From Octopus sinensis (lineage: Eukaryota), in assembly GCF_006345805.1 (NCBI RefSeq), contig NC_043000.1, positions 105,400,001 through 105,464,000 of the forward strand: DNA of 64,000 nt, in the 5' to 3' direction. Positions 13,210 through 26,777 of this stretch are shown piece by piece. Made by a program: the position numbers and the translations under genes. The notes below the pieces were generated by a model, which worked only from the letters and a program-made list of their open reading frames with translations, was not told where the DNA came from and made no database searches. Each line of letters opens with the position of its first letter. Within the stretch, counting starts at the first letter, position 1.

Positions 13210-14330
13210 AACGGAGTATTTGTTGATAAGATCAGCAAAAAGGTACTCAAGCCGGCGAGAGATAAGTATCTTTTAATGAATACAGGAGTTATACGTGAGC
13301 TACTTCAAGTTTCATGTTCGGATAGCGCAATATTCGGACTAGCTGGTATAGCGTACCGTGCACGATCCAGCAGTCTTTAGGGCTCAAATGGCATGGCTAC
13401 TCTCAGAGGAAATGTGTTAAAAGAAGTTGAGAAAAATTACTAGAAAAAATACAAGAAAATGTTAAGGGATATGTTATGTCCTTTTAACCCAGTAAATGAA
13501 GAATAACGTCATTGTTGAATGTTTAGATCTAAAAAAAAAACAAGTATGCCTGGCAGGAGTAGTCGAATGGAAGAAAGGCTAAAGTGCATTCAACTTTGTG
13601 TTTAATACCGTGAAGTGAATGTCTTGTATGTCGATAACGGAAACTTGTAGAGATGTATACATCTTGTAAAATTTTCTGATCTCGAGTTTAGATGGTCGGT
13701 GCAGTTCTTCGATCAAATTAGGATATGCTTTTTCCAGCTATACAGAGTCGGCACATTTATTTACCAGTTAATATAAAACCTAGATATCCCTACAATGTTT
13801 CACTTGATGGTGTGTGATATATTGCTGTCTTTCAGGTTCTAGATACGATTTGCTAGCTTTGTGCTTTCTTTTTTGTCTTTGTGCTTGGTGTATGTCTTTT
13901 TAAAATCATTTTTGCACAATCTGATATATTTTTTTTCTTTCGGTTCCTTTATTTGAGTGAACGGAGATGACAACAGCTTCGTAAATGACTGAGCTAATCT
14001 TGCATGTTTGGTCTAATTGGGATAAACCTGGTCTCCAGTAGTTTCAATTTGGAGCGGTCATCTTTGTTAGCTTGCGCAAAATACTGTTTTTTCATATTAA
14101 GATTGCAGTAGGAAACTTTCACGGAATGCCAATTGAAGATCTCTTTATATTTATGGTAACCGAGGAAGTGTTTATGAAAACCAGGAATTTTTTGCCTACT
14201 TTAATCTTAAGATTCAAGGAGACAGGGAAATTGAACCATGTAATTTTCCGAAGTCAATTATTAAGCATAATCTTTATTTGGGTCGGAGTGTATAGTATCG
14301 TCTCTTTAAAGCCACTGTTTATTTTTAACT
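13210..14330 (-). mobile_element. Penelope-like element 3' fragment (GIY-YIG endonuclease plus 3' region)
   Basis: RKITWFNFPVSLN..VGKKFL, CKISSVIYEAVV, KYIRLCKNDFKKTYTKH, STKLANRI*NLKD, CRLCI, LNSRSE..RCIH. Confidence 0.85.
13296..13386 (-). ncRNA. degenerate type-I hammerhead ribozyme in the PLE 3' region
   Basis: UGAGC-c-CUAAAGA-(long helix II)-GAAA-CUU-G-AAG-UA-GCUCA; G5 is mutated. Confidence 0.5.
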
Positions 14331-15152
14331 ACAGTTGTTGGTTTACTTAAGATTTTGACTACAATTGTTGCTTTACTGAAGATAAACACAGTTATAAGTT
14401 AGGAATTTAATAACAATGTTAGCCAAATTAGAATCTTAAACATAGTCTGTGTTAATGTTTTAAACGTACTTCTTGATTACATTATGATTGCGGTTGCAAT
14501 TGATGATAATTTCAAGAATGAAGTTAAATTTTAATCACAATTGTTGGTTAAATTCAGATTGCAACCGCAACTGTTGGTTAACTTAGAGGTAACTGTCAGC
14601 TAACCTAGCCGTTAACGCTAATTATTCTGCACATATTGCATTATAATATTTACACTGCACAATAAACGAAAAAAGGAGTAAATTCTCTAAGGTATGTGTG
14701 TAATTAGAAAGTTGTATGAAATACCTGATAGTTTGCTCTCTGAGTTCAATTCCCGTCGAGATCAACACTGCTTTTTCCTCTTAATTAGAAGTTGATAAAA
14801 AGCACCAGTGCGATGGGTGTTCTGTTAAAGGGTCAGGCAAGATTTTTTGCGATATCTGTTCCGGCTCTTCGCATTTTGAGAGTCACGTCTGCGAGCCATG
14901 AGTGCCAAGTTGTATCGGCAGCCTTTCCCTTGGATAAGCATCAGCGATGTGAAAAAGGGAAACTTGCATGCATTGGAGAGCCATAACCCTTCCTCGAAAA
15001 TCCTTACCCAGGTCTGTTCTTATGCAAATGTGTGGTCAACATTGGACAACAGAGGCTCTACATCTACGTATTTATTTAGTTAGATACATACATACATACA
15101 TACATACATACATACATACATACATACATACATACATACATACATACATACA

Positions 15153-15396
15153 TGAAGGCGCTTGGCCTGATGGTTAAGGTGCTGCCTCAATTCCCAGGTG
15201 GTGCATTGTGTTCTTGAGCAAAATACTACATTTCATGTTGCTCTGCAATCACTTCGACATCTGACGTGTGACACACCGTGCACCTGTACAGGTGACACCA
15301 ATTTGACGGAAGGAGCGAGGTAAAGTACAACAGAAAAAGTTCGATCATATAAACAAATTATGTGTGCGGGTTGTTCAGCAAGAAGTTATGAAACCC
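15153..15396 (+). mobile_element. tRNA-derived SINE, family 'C'
   Basis: ggcgcttggcctgatggttaagg...ttcttgagcaaaatact; related copy at ~38780-39020. Confidence 0.7.
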
Positions 15397-15445
15397 TAAC
15401 TTGTTGTGTACGACAGGAGTTGCCCCCAAATACATGCATGCATAC

Positions 15446-15525
<80 letters not shown>

Positions 15526-16404
15526 TATATATATATATATATATATAAGTGTGTGAGCATAGTGTGCGGTGTACAACAGCCACAAAGAAAGAGAGAATTT
15601 AATAAAGTTGTAGTGACAATTCTATAGTTGTGTAGGAGTTGTTGGAACACTCACCTGTGATGAAACTATTAGTACCCAAAATATGCTTTGTGTGTGTGTG
15701 TGCAAGTGAATGAACGAAAGTGTACATTAGCGCATTTATGTATGTACCTGTGCATTAGTATATACAAGTACGTATACATACACGCACACACACACACACA
15801 CATACACACACATATTTACTAAATCAAAACAATTCATGTTTTAAGTACCTTTTTTGTCATTTGTGCATCGAAGCTCACACACGCACACTCACAAATGTAG
15901 ACGCATGCATATCCACCCACATACACACTCAAATTCATACACACACACACACACACATGTGTGTGTGTTGTGTGCATGTACGTACCCACATACATTCATC
16001 GTATTCTTATAAATGAATACACTCTAATGATACACTTTTGTACACATTGTAGTAGAATGTATTCTTTTATTGTAATATCGAATATGTATATATGTATGTA
16101 TGCATATGTGTGTGTATGTATGTGTGTGTATGTATGTATGTATGTATGTATGTATGTATGTATGTATGTATGTATGTATGTATGTATGTATGTATGAATG
16201 TATGTATGTATGTGTATACACACGTACACGTATTTATATATGTATACATAGATGAAACCGTTTATATGTAGGTGCAGCTAGAATTACGCACGTGCTTGCA
16301 ACCGCAAACATGACTATATTTAGAAATCTGGGAAAATCCTCGTTTTATTACCATAATTGTAGATGTGCTCTTGTCTTTTTGTTTGTTCTCCTCTTTCTCT
16401 ACAG

Positions 16405-16457
16405 TTCGTATTAACCAATCGCTGGCCTGCAAATTTATTCTGGAACATTCTTCGAAG
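16405..16457 (+). CDS. candidate 53-nt internal exon
   Basis: Strong acceptor ttctcctctttctctacag; weak donor AAG|gtaccg; open frames RINQSLACKFILEHSSK or FVLTNRWPANLFWNILR. Confidence 0.3.
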
Positions 16458-16549
16458 GTACCGCCTCCTCACCCTAATTCCAAATACCATGGTCACGCGC
16501 TTCACACCGAGCACCTCTACTTCCACTCACATCCAGATTTCCAACCCCC

Positions 16550-17250
16550 CACCACCACCGCCATCGTTACCATTCCCACCATCATCACCATCGCAATCAA
16601 CAATACCATAATATTCGCCAACAACATAAACATCATCTCCACCGCCTCCATCATCATCATCATCATCATCATTAATCATTACAATTGTAATCATTACCAT
16701 CACCATAATCTCAACAGCCACTGTCAACAATACCACCATCCTTATTACAATTGTCACCAATGTTACCACCACCAACAATACTATCACCATCAATACCATC
16801 GAGGCCAACGCTATCATCACAAGCATCAACACCACCACGACCACGACGATCACCACCTCCACCTCCAACGCCACTATCACCATCCCCAGCAACTAGTCCA
16901 CCATCATCACCATCACAACCACCATCGCCACCACCATCATCACTACCACCACAACAACTATCATCACCACCACCGCCGCTGCCGCCGCCATCACGATATC
17001 TACTAATACCACCGCCACCACCATCACCTTCACCACCACCAATATTCGCCAACACCATAAACATCATCGCCACCGCTTCCATTATCATTAGCATCATTGT
17101 CACAACCGTTATTATTGACATCACCGTAATCTCCACCGCCACCACTGCAAACCCACCACCACCACTACTATTGTCAACATCACCACCATCAACACCACCA
17201 CCATCGTCACTATCATCGCCATTATTTTCACTACCATCATCAGCATCTCA
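16550..17250. repeat. (CAC/CAT)n low-complexity region
   Basis: Directly visible. Confidence 0.9.
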
Positions 17251-17734
17251 TCTCTTTTTATAGAAAACAAGGTGGTTGATTTGTCTCGGCACAATTGTGA
17301 AAATACTTGAATGGTTCAATGTGTGCGTACACACAGACACATACAACACGCGTACGAGCGGCCAGTGAAGGCATTCAACGCTATCTGTTGCCTCTTCTAC
17401 GCATTCCTACGCTGACTTGGCTGCTAAATTCTGCGTTACTGCACTGTTTGTGTGCAATGTGACTACACAGCGGTGCATTAGCTTTGAAGTCAGCGTAGAA
17501 CCCAAAAGAACAATCGAATTAGCTTTATAGTAAACATGATATGATGTGTAAATTAATGCCTGACTGCGCGCGCGTGTGTGTGTGTGTACGAAGTTGTACT
17601 CGTTTCAAGTGTGAATCTCTCTTTACACACATACATATTAATAATTAAGGTGGGTAGACGCATTTAAAACTAAAACGGAATATATATATATATATAATAT
17701 ATATATATAATATATATAATTATATATATTATAT

Positions 17735-17765
<31 letters not shown>

Positions 17766-17864
17766 TACACACACACTGTGTCTGTGTGTGTGCATATATG
17801 TATAACATATGCATACATACATGCATTAAGTGGCAATTACATGCCTATATACATACGTACATAC

Positions 17865-17895
<31 letters not shown>

Positions 17896-17902
17896 ATATT
17901 AT

Positions 17903-18075
17903 ATAAAAGGCTTAGTAAAATAAATTACTTGCCGCATACTAAGCCCTTATTTACTAAAGCCCTTTTATATAATGTAATAATTTGAATTCGCCTTAAGTGG
18001 TCCCTTTGCATACTGAATAACTTGGTGAAATTGATTAATTAATTAATTAATTTTACCCTCAATTGTTGAAATATA
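17903..18075. mobile_element. short PLE-like remnant in (TA)n with fold-back and tail
   Basis: ataaaaggcttagtaaaataa / ttatttactaaagcccttttat; tail aattttaccctcaatt resembles aattctacccttaatt at ~10110. Confidence 0.5.
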
Positions 18076-18082
18076 TTATATT

Positions 18083-18158
<76 letters not shown>

Positions 18159-19160
18159 AGAACCGCCTGAGCGTCCATCACTGACAAGACCACGAGGCCG
18201 AAATCCTGTGGGTTGGTGGTCTCGGTGTTGGCGGCGGTGGGTGATTTATCTCCCCGCGAACGATACGAACAAGAGTGCGTTTACGCGCCGAAAGCTAATA
18301 TGAGAGTTCCTCTTATGGTAACTACCGCAGTATTCTGTGCTCTAAGAGGCCATCTACTTTTAAGTGGGGATAAATATTACATTGAAAGTAGTTCGATGGG
18401 TCTCATTGACTAGAATAGCATTCAAAAGCAAACAGCAATGGTTGGGGAAGATTGAAGAATCATGGCACCAATACGAACTACTCTCGAGACTCATGTGATA
18501 TTTGAGAGCGTACGAGATTCTTTTGATCGGGATGAAAAGAGTGGAGAGGAAAATATGCAAGTAACTCTGAGAGTTGTTGGGTATCCATCTAAGCTTCCCT
18601 TCAGTAGGTTCGTGAATAGGAAAACTAATCAACTGTTACTAAAGAGTACCTAAACTGCATCACCACTCATACCAAAAGTGGTAAAATTTGAGATAGTGTT
18701 ACTTCAACACAATTCATTTTGGATGTCTTATTTTCCCTCTATATTTTGATAGCAATAGCATACTCATCAGGTTTGCGGCCTCACCAACGAAATGTGTAAT
18801 AATCATCTCTCAATAACCCAGGGTCAAAACAGTCTTCTACGATGCAAGAGGCAATGTACAGATCTCGTAGTTTTAATAGGTTGTCAATCGAGAAGTCATA
18901 TAACCTGTTCCTGCCCCCATTTGTGATGGTTTCATACTGACTATATTTGGATAGAGTGTACACTCCATTGATTGGATAGTGCTGTAGCTACAATGTTGCT
19001 TTTACCCGGGCAGTATAATAAGAGAAACATGTTTGTCCAGTTGTCGTCTAATTTCATCCGAATACGCTGGTTAGTTCCAAATGAAAATTGAGCAGGGCTG
19101 CAGTGACTCCTACGAAGATGGGTTGGAAACAAAACTCTCCACTGTTTACCCACTTCTCCA
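18159..19160 (+). mobile_element. highly decayed Penelope-like element (hammerhead, GYP motif, GIY-YIG remnant)
   Basis: Hammerhead-like motif at 18175-18219; LRVVGYPSK (cf. NGYP); VI*PVP..IC..(frameshift)YI; LETKLSTVYPLL terminal motif; abuts (TA)n. Confidence 0.45.
18175..18219 (+). ncRNA. degenerate type-I hammerhead ribozyme
   Basis: CCAUCA CUGACAA GACC acga GGCC GAAA UCC ugu GGG U UGGUGG; G8>A and H17 ambiguous. Confidence 0.5.
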
Positions 19161-19407
19161 AGTATATTTCAACTTATCTCATTTAGCCTTTTGCGCACCC
19201 GTGCCAACCTGCAAAGTGCAGAAAGAGTTAAGCGGTTTTTCTTGGATGCTTCTGGTTTGTCTGAACATGCAACATGTTATACTGAGTTACATGCCATTAA
19301 TAGCACTCAGGACGGATCAACATATATGTATGTATGCATGTATGCATGCATGTACGTACGTAAGAATGTATGTATGTATATATGTATGTATGTATTACTT
19401 AAATAGA

Positions 19408-19448
<41 letters not shown>

Positions 19449-19644
19449 TGTGGTGCGAGCGCGTGCGTATGTGTGTTTGTGTTTACATATACAGAGAAAG
19501 TGAGAGACGGAAAGAGAGAAGGAAAGGAGAGAAATGGAAAAAGAGAGAAAGAATGTTTAGCTACATATGCATAGCGTTGACGGCAGACGCATAAATGTTT
19601 AAAGGTGTGTGTGTGTGTATATATATTATATATAATATATATAT

Positions 19645-19691
<47 letters not shown>

Positions 19692-20010
19692 TTGTGTATG
19701 TGTCTGTCTGTGTGTGTGTGTGTGTATAAATAAGCAGCTCTACCTGACCTTGCACCTTTTATACCAATATCTAAATTGTATACAGTCACGTGAATTCACA
19801 TTATGAGTAAATTGCTTTTAAAAAAAGTAGCTGATAATCTTCAGTTGGAGCGGGATAGGAAATTTCCTATTTTAGAAATTATTGGAAAAAAACCGTATTG
19901 GCCTTACATCTGCTTCTACTAAAAATATCAGTTACGTAGGTGCAAAACCGTGATCTGCATCTTGGGACATCCATAAGAGCATGCATCCATGCTTATATTT
20001 AGACACAAGC

Positions 20011-20043
<33 letters not shown>

Positions 20044-20439
20044 TGTATGTATGTATGTATGTATGTATGTTGTATGTGTATATGCATGTATGTATACATG
20101 TATGCATGTATACTGGATGCATCAGAAAAACCTCCCGTATTTTATTAAGGTATTGGTATAGTACTAGTAAAGTTAAGCAGCTGTCTCACGGTGTTTCCAT
20201 GTAGCTAAAGTTTTATTACCTTGCGGGTATATTCTTTTCTGCGGCTTTTCTTTTAGTTACCATCGTTGTTTGGGCCGGTGCAATCTCAGTGTTTTCTATT
20301 TAAATGTTTATCAAGAATAGTGAGTCTGAGCGGTTTTTGCAACACTTATGTATATACATACATGTGCACATACATTTTCTTGTGTGTGGCGGGGGTGTGC
20401 ATATATAATGATTTTAAAAAAAATATTTGAGAAGAGGGA

Positions 20440-20570
20440 TTAACCATCAAACCCCAGTGCGCAGTATTTGGGTACTTGGTAGGTACGATATTTTCTCGAC
20501 CCTGAATGGATGATAAAAGGCAAAGCTGATCTCAGTGAGATTTGAACCCAGGACGTAAACAGCTGGATAT
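20440..20570 (-). mobile_element. SINE family E fragment
   Basis: cgaccctgaatggatgataaaaggcaaagctgatctc...tttgaaccc. Confidence 0.6.
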
Positions 20571-20645
20571 ATATTCACACACACACACACACGCCACACA
20601 CACACCAACACACACACACACAGACATACATACATACATATATAT

Positions 20646-20680
<35 letters not shown>

Positions 20681-20716
20681 GATAGATATATATATATGTT
20701 GATAGATAGATAGAAG

Positions 20717-20747
<31 letters not shown>

Positions 20748-20748
20748 T

Positions 20749-20806
<58 letters not shown>

Positions 20807-21253
20807 TATTCGTTGGCTTCTGATTGTGCATCTAAGTGCAAGTATGCACACATGAAATGCATGCAAGCTTTCCAGCGTGGCGTGCAAATCTATTTTTAGG
20901 CCATCGTTTGACGTCACAGCTCTAAAATATCGATCTGTTTGGAGAATCCTCATGGCCATATATGGAAATTGCATTGACAAAGCTAGAACAGCTCTGCTCA
21001 CCCGGTATTCCTCTTCTTTTTATTCATAAAAACGTGTTTATCAAAGCTAGCTTGACTCAAGTATTGATTTCACTCCGCCCCTTTCTTCTCTCTCTTCTTC
21101 TTTCTGTCTCTCATTCTGACTGTCACTCACCCTTTCACTCTCTCCTTTTTGCTATTTCCTTCTCTCTTTCTTTTTTCTCTTTTCTTTCTCTTTTACCTTA
21201 AATTCTAGAATGAACCATTCATACTTCGGCCTGCAACAAATGTTTATAATGAA

Positions 21254-21318
<65 letters not shown>

Positions 21319-21625
21319 TTTTACATGCCCGTGTGTACAACTGAGTTTTGTAAATGTGTTTATATTTGTGTCATCTGTATGGTTGTGTGTGTGTGTGAGT
21401 GTGTCCGTGTGTATCTTTTGTAATGTGTTCTTGTGTGTTTCCGTACGTTTGCTTTGAAAATGTGTGTGTGTGTGTGTATGTTGTGTGTGTGTGTATGCGT
21501 GCGTTTTCTAAGTATAAGCGTAAATTTGTAATTGTGTTTTTGTGTGCTTTGTAAGGGTACGTGTGTTTTCTTTCTGTGTAATATATTTACCTGTATACGT
21601 ATGTAGTTGTGTATGTATAAATCTG

Positions 21626-21725
<100 letters not shown>

Positions 21726-21794
21726 ATATATATATAATATTGTGTATATACTTATATTATATAGTGTATATTTATGTGCATATATATATATATA

Positions 21795-21829
<35 letters not shown>

Positions 21830-22484
21830 GATTTCCCATCTGCAGGGAACCCTGGACACCGTATTCTAACATTTTTTTTTTTTGTGTGATGGGGTCGCGG
21901 TTAGATGATATGGAGTGATTTTGATGGAGATTTGGCCGCTATATCTAGCAGGTCGAGCGACGAAGTAGAGGGTCCTTCGTAGGTTTGATATATGCCTCCC
22001 CTTTGTATATGTATGTGTATGGATGTACATCTGGGTGCATTTTGTATATATGTCTTTGTTTTCTTACGTATATGTTCTGTTTGTGTTTTTTATGTATATG
22101 TTCTGTATGTGTATATGTGTGTGAGTTGTGTGCGTGTGTATGTATATGTGTGTGTATTATGTACATTTGTGTACTGTTGAGTAAACAGAGCAAGCCATTT
22201 CCCAGCTGTTGTGTGTATTTGCTGTACATTTGTGTAAATGCATACGTATATATGTTAGAATACATATTCATATATAATATTCAATGTGTATTTGAATCTA
22301 TGGGTTTGTATGTAGATGCATTTAAGTTTATACGAAATATACAGACAGAAATACATAGATATGTACCCATAAAAACATACACACACATAGATACATATAT
22401 ACATGCATAGTTATATATCCACAGAAACATGCACCCACAAACACACACACCCGCATTTGTAATGCAGTCTATATGTATTGAATT

Positions 22485-22863
22485 GGAGGCGCAATGGCCC
22501 AGTGGTTAGGGCAGCGGACTCGCGGTCGTAGGATCGCGGTTTCGATTCGCAGACCTGGCGTTGTGAGTGTTTATTGAGCGAAAACACCTAAAGCTCCACG
22601 AGGCTCCGGCAGAGGGTGGTGATCCCTGCTGTACTCTTTCACCACAACTTTCTCTCAGCCTTTTTTCCTGTTTCTGTTGTACCTGTATTTCAAAGGGCCG
22701 GCCTTGTCACTCTCTGTGTCACGCTGAATATCCCCGAGAACTACGTTAAGGGTACACGTATCTGTGGAGTGCTCAGCCACTTACACGTTAATTTCACGAG
22801 CAGGCTGTTCCGTCGATTCGGATCAACCGGAACCCTCGTCGTCGAAACCGACGGAGTGCTTCC
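22485..22863 (+). mobile_element. full-length tRNA-derived SINE, family 'B', with 12-bp TSD
   Basis: A box tggcccagtgg, B box gtttcgattc; TSD atgtattgaatt at 22473-22484 and 22864-22875. Confidence 0.92.
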
Positions 22864-23391
22864 ATGTATTGAATTAAAAAATAATAATTGATATAAGTCA
22901 ATTGTTGTTGATCAATAATTCTCCATTTTCTGTTTACTTTAAATTTGATTCCTGATAACCTCATGTTTATCTTTGTCATCTCCTGTAATCTATGGGCATA
23001 CTATGCTTGCGTATGCATGTCCAGGGTAAACATAGGTAATTATACTGGTAGTATAACGGATACTTTATCCCTTAGACGGTTGTTCCAACCTCTAACTCTA
23101 CTAACCTATGTATATGCATATATATTTATATGCATCCATACAAATAACTATTACATATGCATATGTGTGTACACACAAACACACACACATACACACATAT
23201 ATATACATGTTTTATATTTGTACACATATATATATATAATAAAAACTTACTTGGAGAATAAGAAAAAAGAAATCGACGCGAGGCGTTCAATCATATGATA
23301 ACAATTTAATAAATAAAACATATGCATACATACATACATATATGTACATACCTACATCTATATGTATATATACATGCATATATATATATAT

Positions 23392-23563
23392 GAGTACAGG
23401 ACACCACAAATAAACGTAGAACACAACGAGAAACGAAAACATAAAATCAAACAAGGAAACGGACTTTTTTTAACAACGAAAAAACAGAGTACAAGACAAA
23501 CAATACAAGGGATATTCCCCTTCATCAGCTGCCCCTGTTTCGACTCAATGCGTGTTTCGAAGG

Positions 23564-23566
<3 letters not shown>
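23392..23566 (-). mobile_element. PLE-like terminal fragment in (TA)n
   Basis: acaggacacc..gaacaca..gaaaacata related to 46170-46330; contains CUGAUGA plus a hairpin on the minus strand. Confidence 0.5.
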
Positions 23567-23631
<65 letters not shown>

Positions 23632-23635
<4 letters not shown>

Positions 23636-23850
23636 AATCCAAACAAGTACAAGCAAGAAAAAAAACAACCACGCGAGGACGTGGAACAAGTACTGTGATA
23701 TTGGACGTTCATGAAAGGAAAGAAAAGAAAGAGGATTTCACGTTTCAAGCGGGGCTCCTCATCAGAAATATAGAAAAAGTTCAAAGAAGGGAAGACGGAG
23801 AAATAAAATCGCCAACAATACACACGCGGTCACATATCGAAATGACCGGA
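23632..23850 (-). mobile_element. PLE-like terminal fragment with hammerhead
   Basis: Homologous, in opposite orientation, to 58480-58688 and partly to 45980-46062; abuts (TA)n. Confidence 0.6.
23735..23769 (-). ncRNA. minimal type-I hammerhead-like motif
   Basis: AUUU CUGAUGA G GAGC ccc GCUU GAAA CG UG AAAU; cleavage triplet GUG is non-permissive. Confidence 0.55.
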
Positions 23851-24156
23851 AGAGAATGGGTAAAGAAAAAGTTCTTTCTAAGACAGGAGAGTGCAAGAGA
23901 AGGAGGTATGTGTGGAGATGTGCGTAGGCGCAGGTGTGTGTGTATGTGTAATGATAACACGTGTATGTGCGTATGTGTGTGTGTGTCGTTGTAGCTGTTA
24001 ATGTATGTGTGCGTGTGTGTTTATACCCATGTGTGCGTAATTGTTTGCGTGTCTGTATGAGTATGTGATGTGTGTGTGGGAGGTATGTGTGCGTACGTGT
24101 GTGAATGTGTGTATCTATGTGTATATACTTGTATGTATATATATATATATATATAT

Positions 24157-24450
24157 CACGTGATTGACCAGTCTTTCAGATGTTGTTATACACCGCTGGT
24201 CACAGTGCGCTTTGGCATCGTTTTAGCATTCGAATGATGCTACACCGCTGAGTAGGTGAGCAGGCCAACATTCTTCCTGATCGGAGGGCTAGTTCGTTGC
24301 AGGGTTACCCATTTGCAGCTAAGTGGACTGGTGCAACGTGAAATGAAGTGTTTTGCTCAAAAACACAACCTACCACCCGGTCCGGGAATCGAACCCACAA
24401 TCTAGCGATCGAGAATGCAACACCATAACCATTAGATCATGCACCTTCAC
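24157..24450 (-). mobile_element. tRNA-derived SINE with V-domain-like segment
   Basis: Minus strand: ggttcgattccc B box, gagcaaaacacttc, aaatgggtaaccctgcaacgaactag. Confidence 0.7.
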
Positions 24451-24482
24451 ACACTCCCCATCCCCTCACACACACATACATA

Positions 24483-24527
<45 letters not shown>

Positions 24528-24899
24528 AGAGAGAGAGTGAGAGAGACGCAGGCGTGACTGTGGTATTTTAGCCTTTTGCACACACGTGCCAACATGCAAA
24601 ATGCAGAAAGAGTTAAGACGTTTTCCTTGGACTCATCTGATTTGCCAAACAATGAAAATGTATTTTAAGGAAGGAAGGAACCAACTATTCATTTTGCTTC
24701 TTCCTGATAGATTTGATGTCAGTAGTGAAATGGTGTGTGCTGTTCGATTTCGACATTTGTTTCCTCAAATTCCTACACCAGACACTTATAAAGCAATAAT
24801 GTGGCATTTAAAGGTCTACAGTTATACAACCACCTCCCAAAAGAATTACAAAACGTAACCTAGGATTCTTTTGAGACGTTTAATAAGGTAGATTTATGT

Positions 24900-25680
24900 C
24901 TCTCTTAGATAGCAGGTAATCCATCTGCAAGGGCTACCACTGAATTAGAACTGCTTCCGCCATGTCTTTGATCCACCAAATAGAGGTGTAGAAAAAGCCA
25001 GAATAAACTTTAGATGCTCCATCATGGTTTTGATCAGATGGTTAACACTGACTCTATCTCTCTCTTTGAAAGCGCTTGTCGCGAAGAACTATGTACATTA
25101 TCTCTTATTATCCTACTTCCCTCATCGCTCTTAGGTTTTCTATCACCCTTAACATCTCTTGCCAAATTGGCAGAATTAATAACCCCTATCGCTATCTCCT
25201 CACTTCACCGTAACAACTGTTTGTCTTCTCCCTCCTATATAAACACATAGCACATTTCATCTCTATATCTTCCTTTAGTTTTAGACCTTTCATAAATCTG
25301 CCTCTTTTCATCTATGTTCATTTCTTCATTGAGAGTCTATCCATTATCCATCCGGAGATGGAATAAGTTGCCACAAAATTCGATGTGTGCAACAGGCAGA
25401 GAACTGCACCAATTACGCACCCATTCTAGAAACAGCCGTAAAGGACTATCTGCACATTTTTTTCTATCATATCCGAGGTTTTTACCTATGGCACCATTCA
25501 TCTACCTATGAAACTATGTCGTATCAACACTATGGACTTCCTTTCTGCTTTATCCCGCAGTTTACATAGTAACTATTAAGAACTTTACCAATCGGAACTT
25601 TTACTGACCTACCTCCAGCTATATATACTCCTTTATGTATTTGATCTTCTCGATATGTTGTATTAAATAAATATGTCATA
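24900..25680 (+). mobile_element. very old CR1/L2-type LINE 3' remnant
   Basis: YPLSIRRWNKLPQ resembles the C-terminal 'IR.WN.LP' motif; otherwise decayed. Confidence 0.35.
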
Positions 25681-26694
25681 ATCTGGCTTGACACCCGTTG
25701 TCTACCTTTTTATGCCTTTGTTCTGTTATGCATATAGCAGCTCGATCGGTACATTGCCTATAGTCAATACGTACCTATCACATCCTTACATTTAAAGCTG
25801 GAGTTTAAGCACACATTCGACCTGAATTTTAATTGCATGTACCTATTATCTTATGTCATTTAAGGAATAATACGATGTATAACTTGAGCAATTGAATATA
25901 ACTATTTATTGTATAATGAAACAAATTCTCTAAGTTTACAACAGTCAACAATAAATAATCCGGTTCGAAAGTATTCAGTGAGTGTTGCAGATACTGAGCC
26001 ATTTATCGAATAAGTTCAAAACTGAAGGTGACTCGAATTTCTGGATTTTCCGGTTCGGGGGGAACCAAGGCTTAATATATACTAAGTACAGTAATTCTGA
26101 AATTAAAATGATCATTTGGTTGTTTTTAAAGTATACAAACAAAAACAAACACGAACATAGAAATATAGACACAAGTAAAAACATATAAACTGTAAATAAA
26201 GATGCTAACCATTTCATGAATGTCGCCATAGAGACAACCTTATTTTGTCTACTATCTATTTAATGGAGTTGTAACTTCCGTAAGGAACTACAATACTTAA
26301 ATTATAAAATAACAGACATAAGATAATATAATTCTAAAGCAGGCTTGTTTGATTTCTATTGATCCACTTAAAATTCTCATAAATAACACTACCTTCTTGA
26401 ACATATTTTCTTTTCGGCTTTCCACTGACAATGTGACTTTCTGTTGGCCTGTTAGACATGGTATTAAATGGAAATTATGATTAACTGTAATAAATGTAGA
26501 GAGAGGCGAGCGCAAACAGCTGCCATACTGAAATGGATGTGTAGCATGTAGGCCACGTAAAAGTCTAGTACTTATTTTATCAAGCTTTCTTTATCGAATG
26601 GCTAACTTAATTTTTTTTATACAAAGGATACAGCTCGAAGGCAGTCATTGTCAATCAAACTACACTCACAAGATATTGGTCAACTAGGGATATA

Positions 26695-26725
<31 letters not shown>

Positions 26726-26732
26726 ATGTATG

Positions 26733-26764
<32 letters not shown>

Positions 26765-26777
26765 TGTATGTATGTAT

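Noticed and set aside
17450-17480. Partial similarity to miR-33 (tgtagtcacattgca on the minus strand)
   Set aside because: The seed/5' end GUGCAU is absent
22485-22560. tRNA gene-like sequence
   Set aside because: Head of a SINE with body and TSD; no proper acceptor stem
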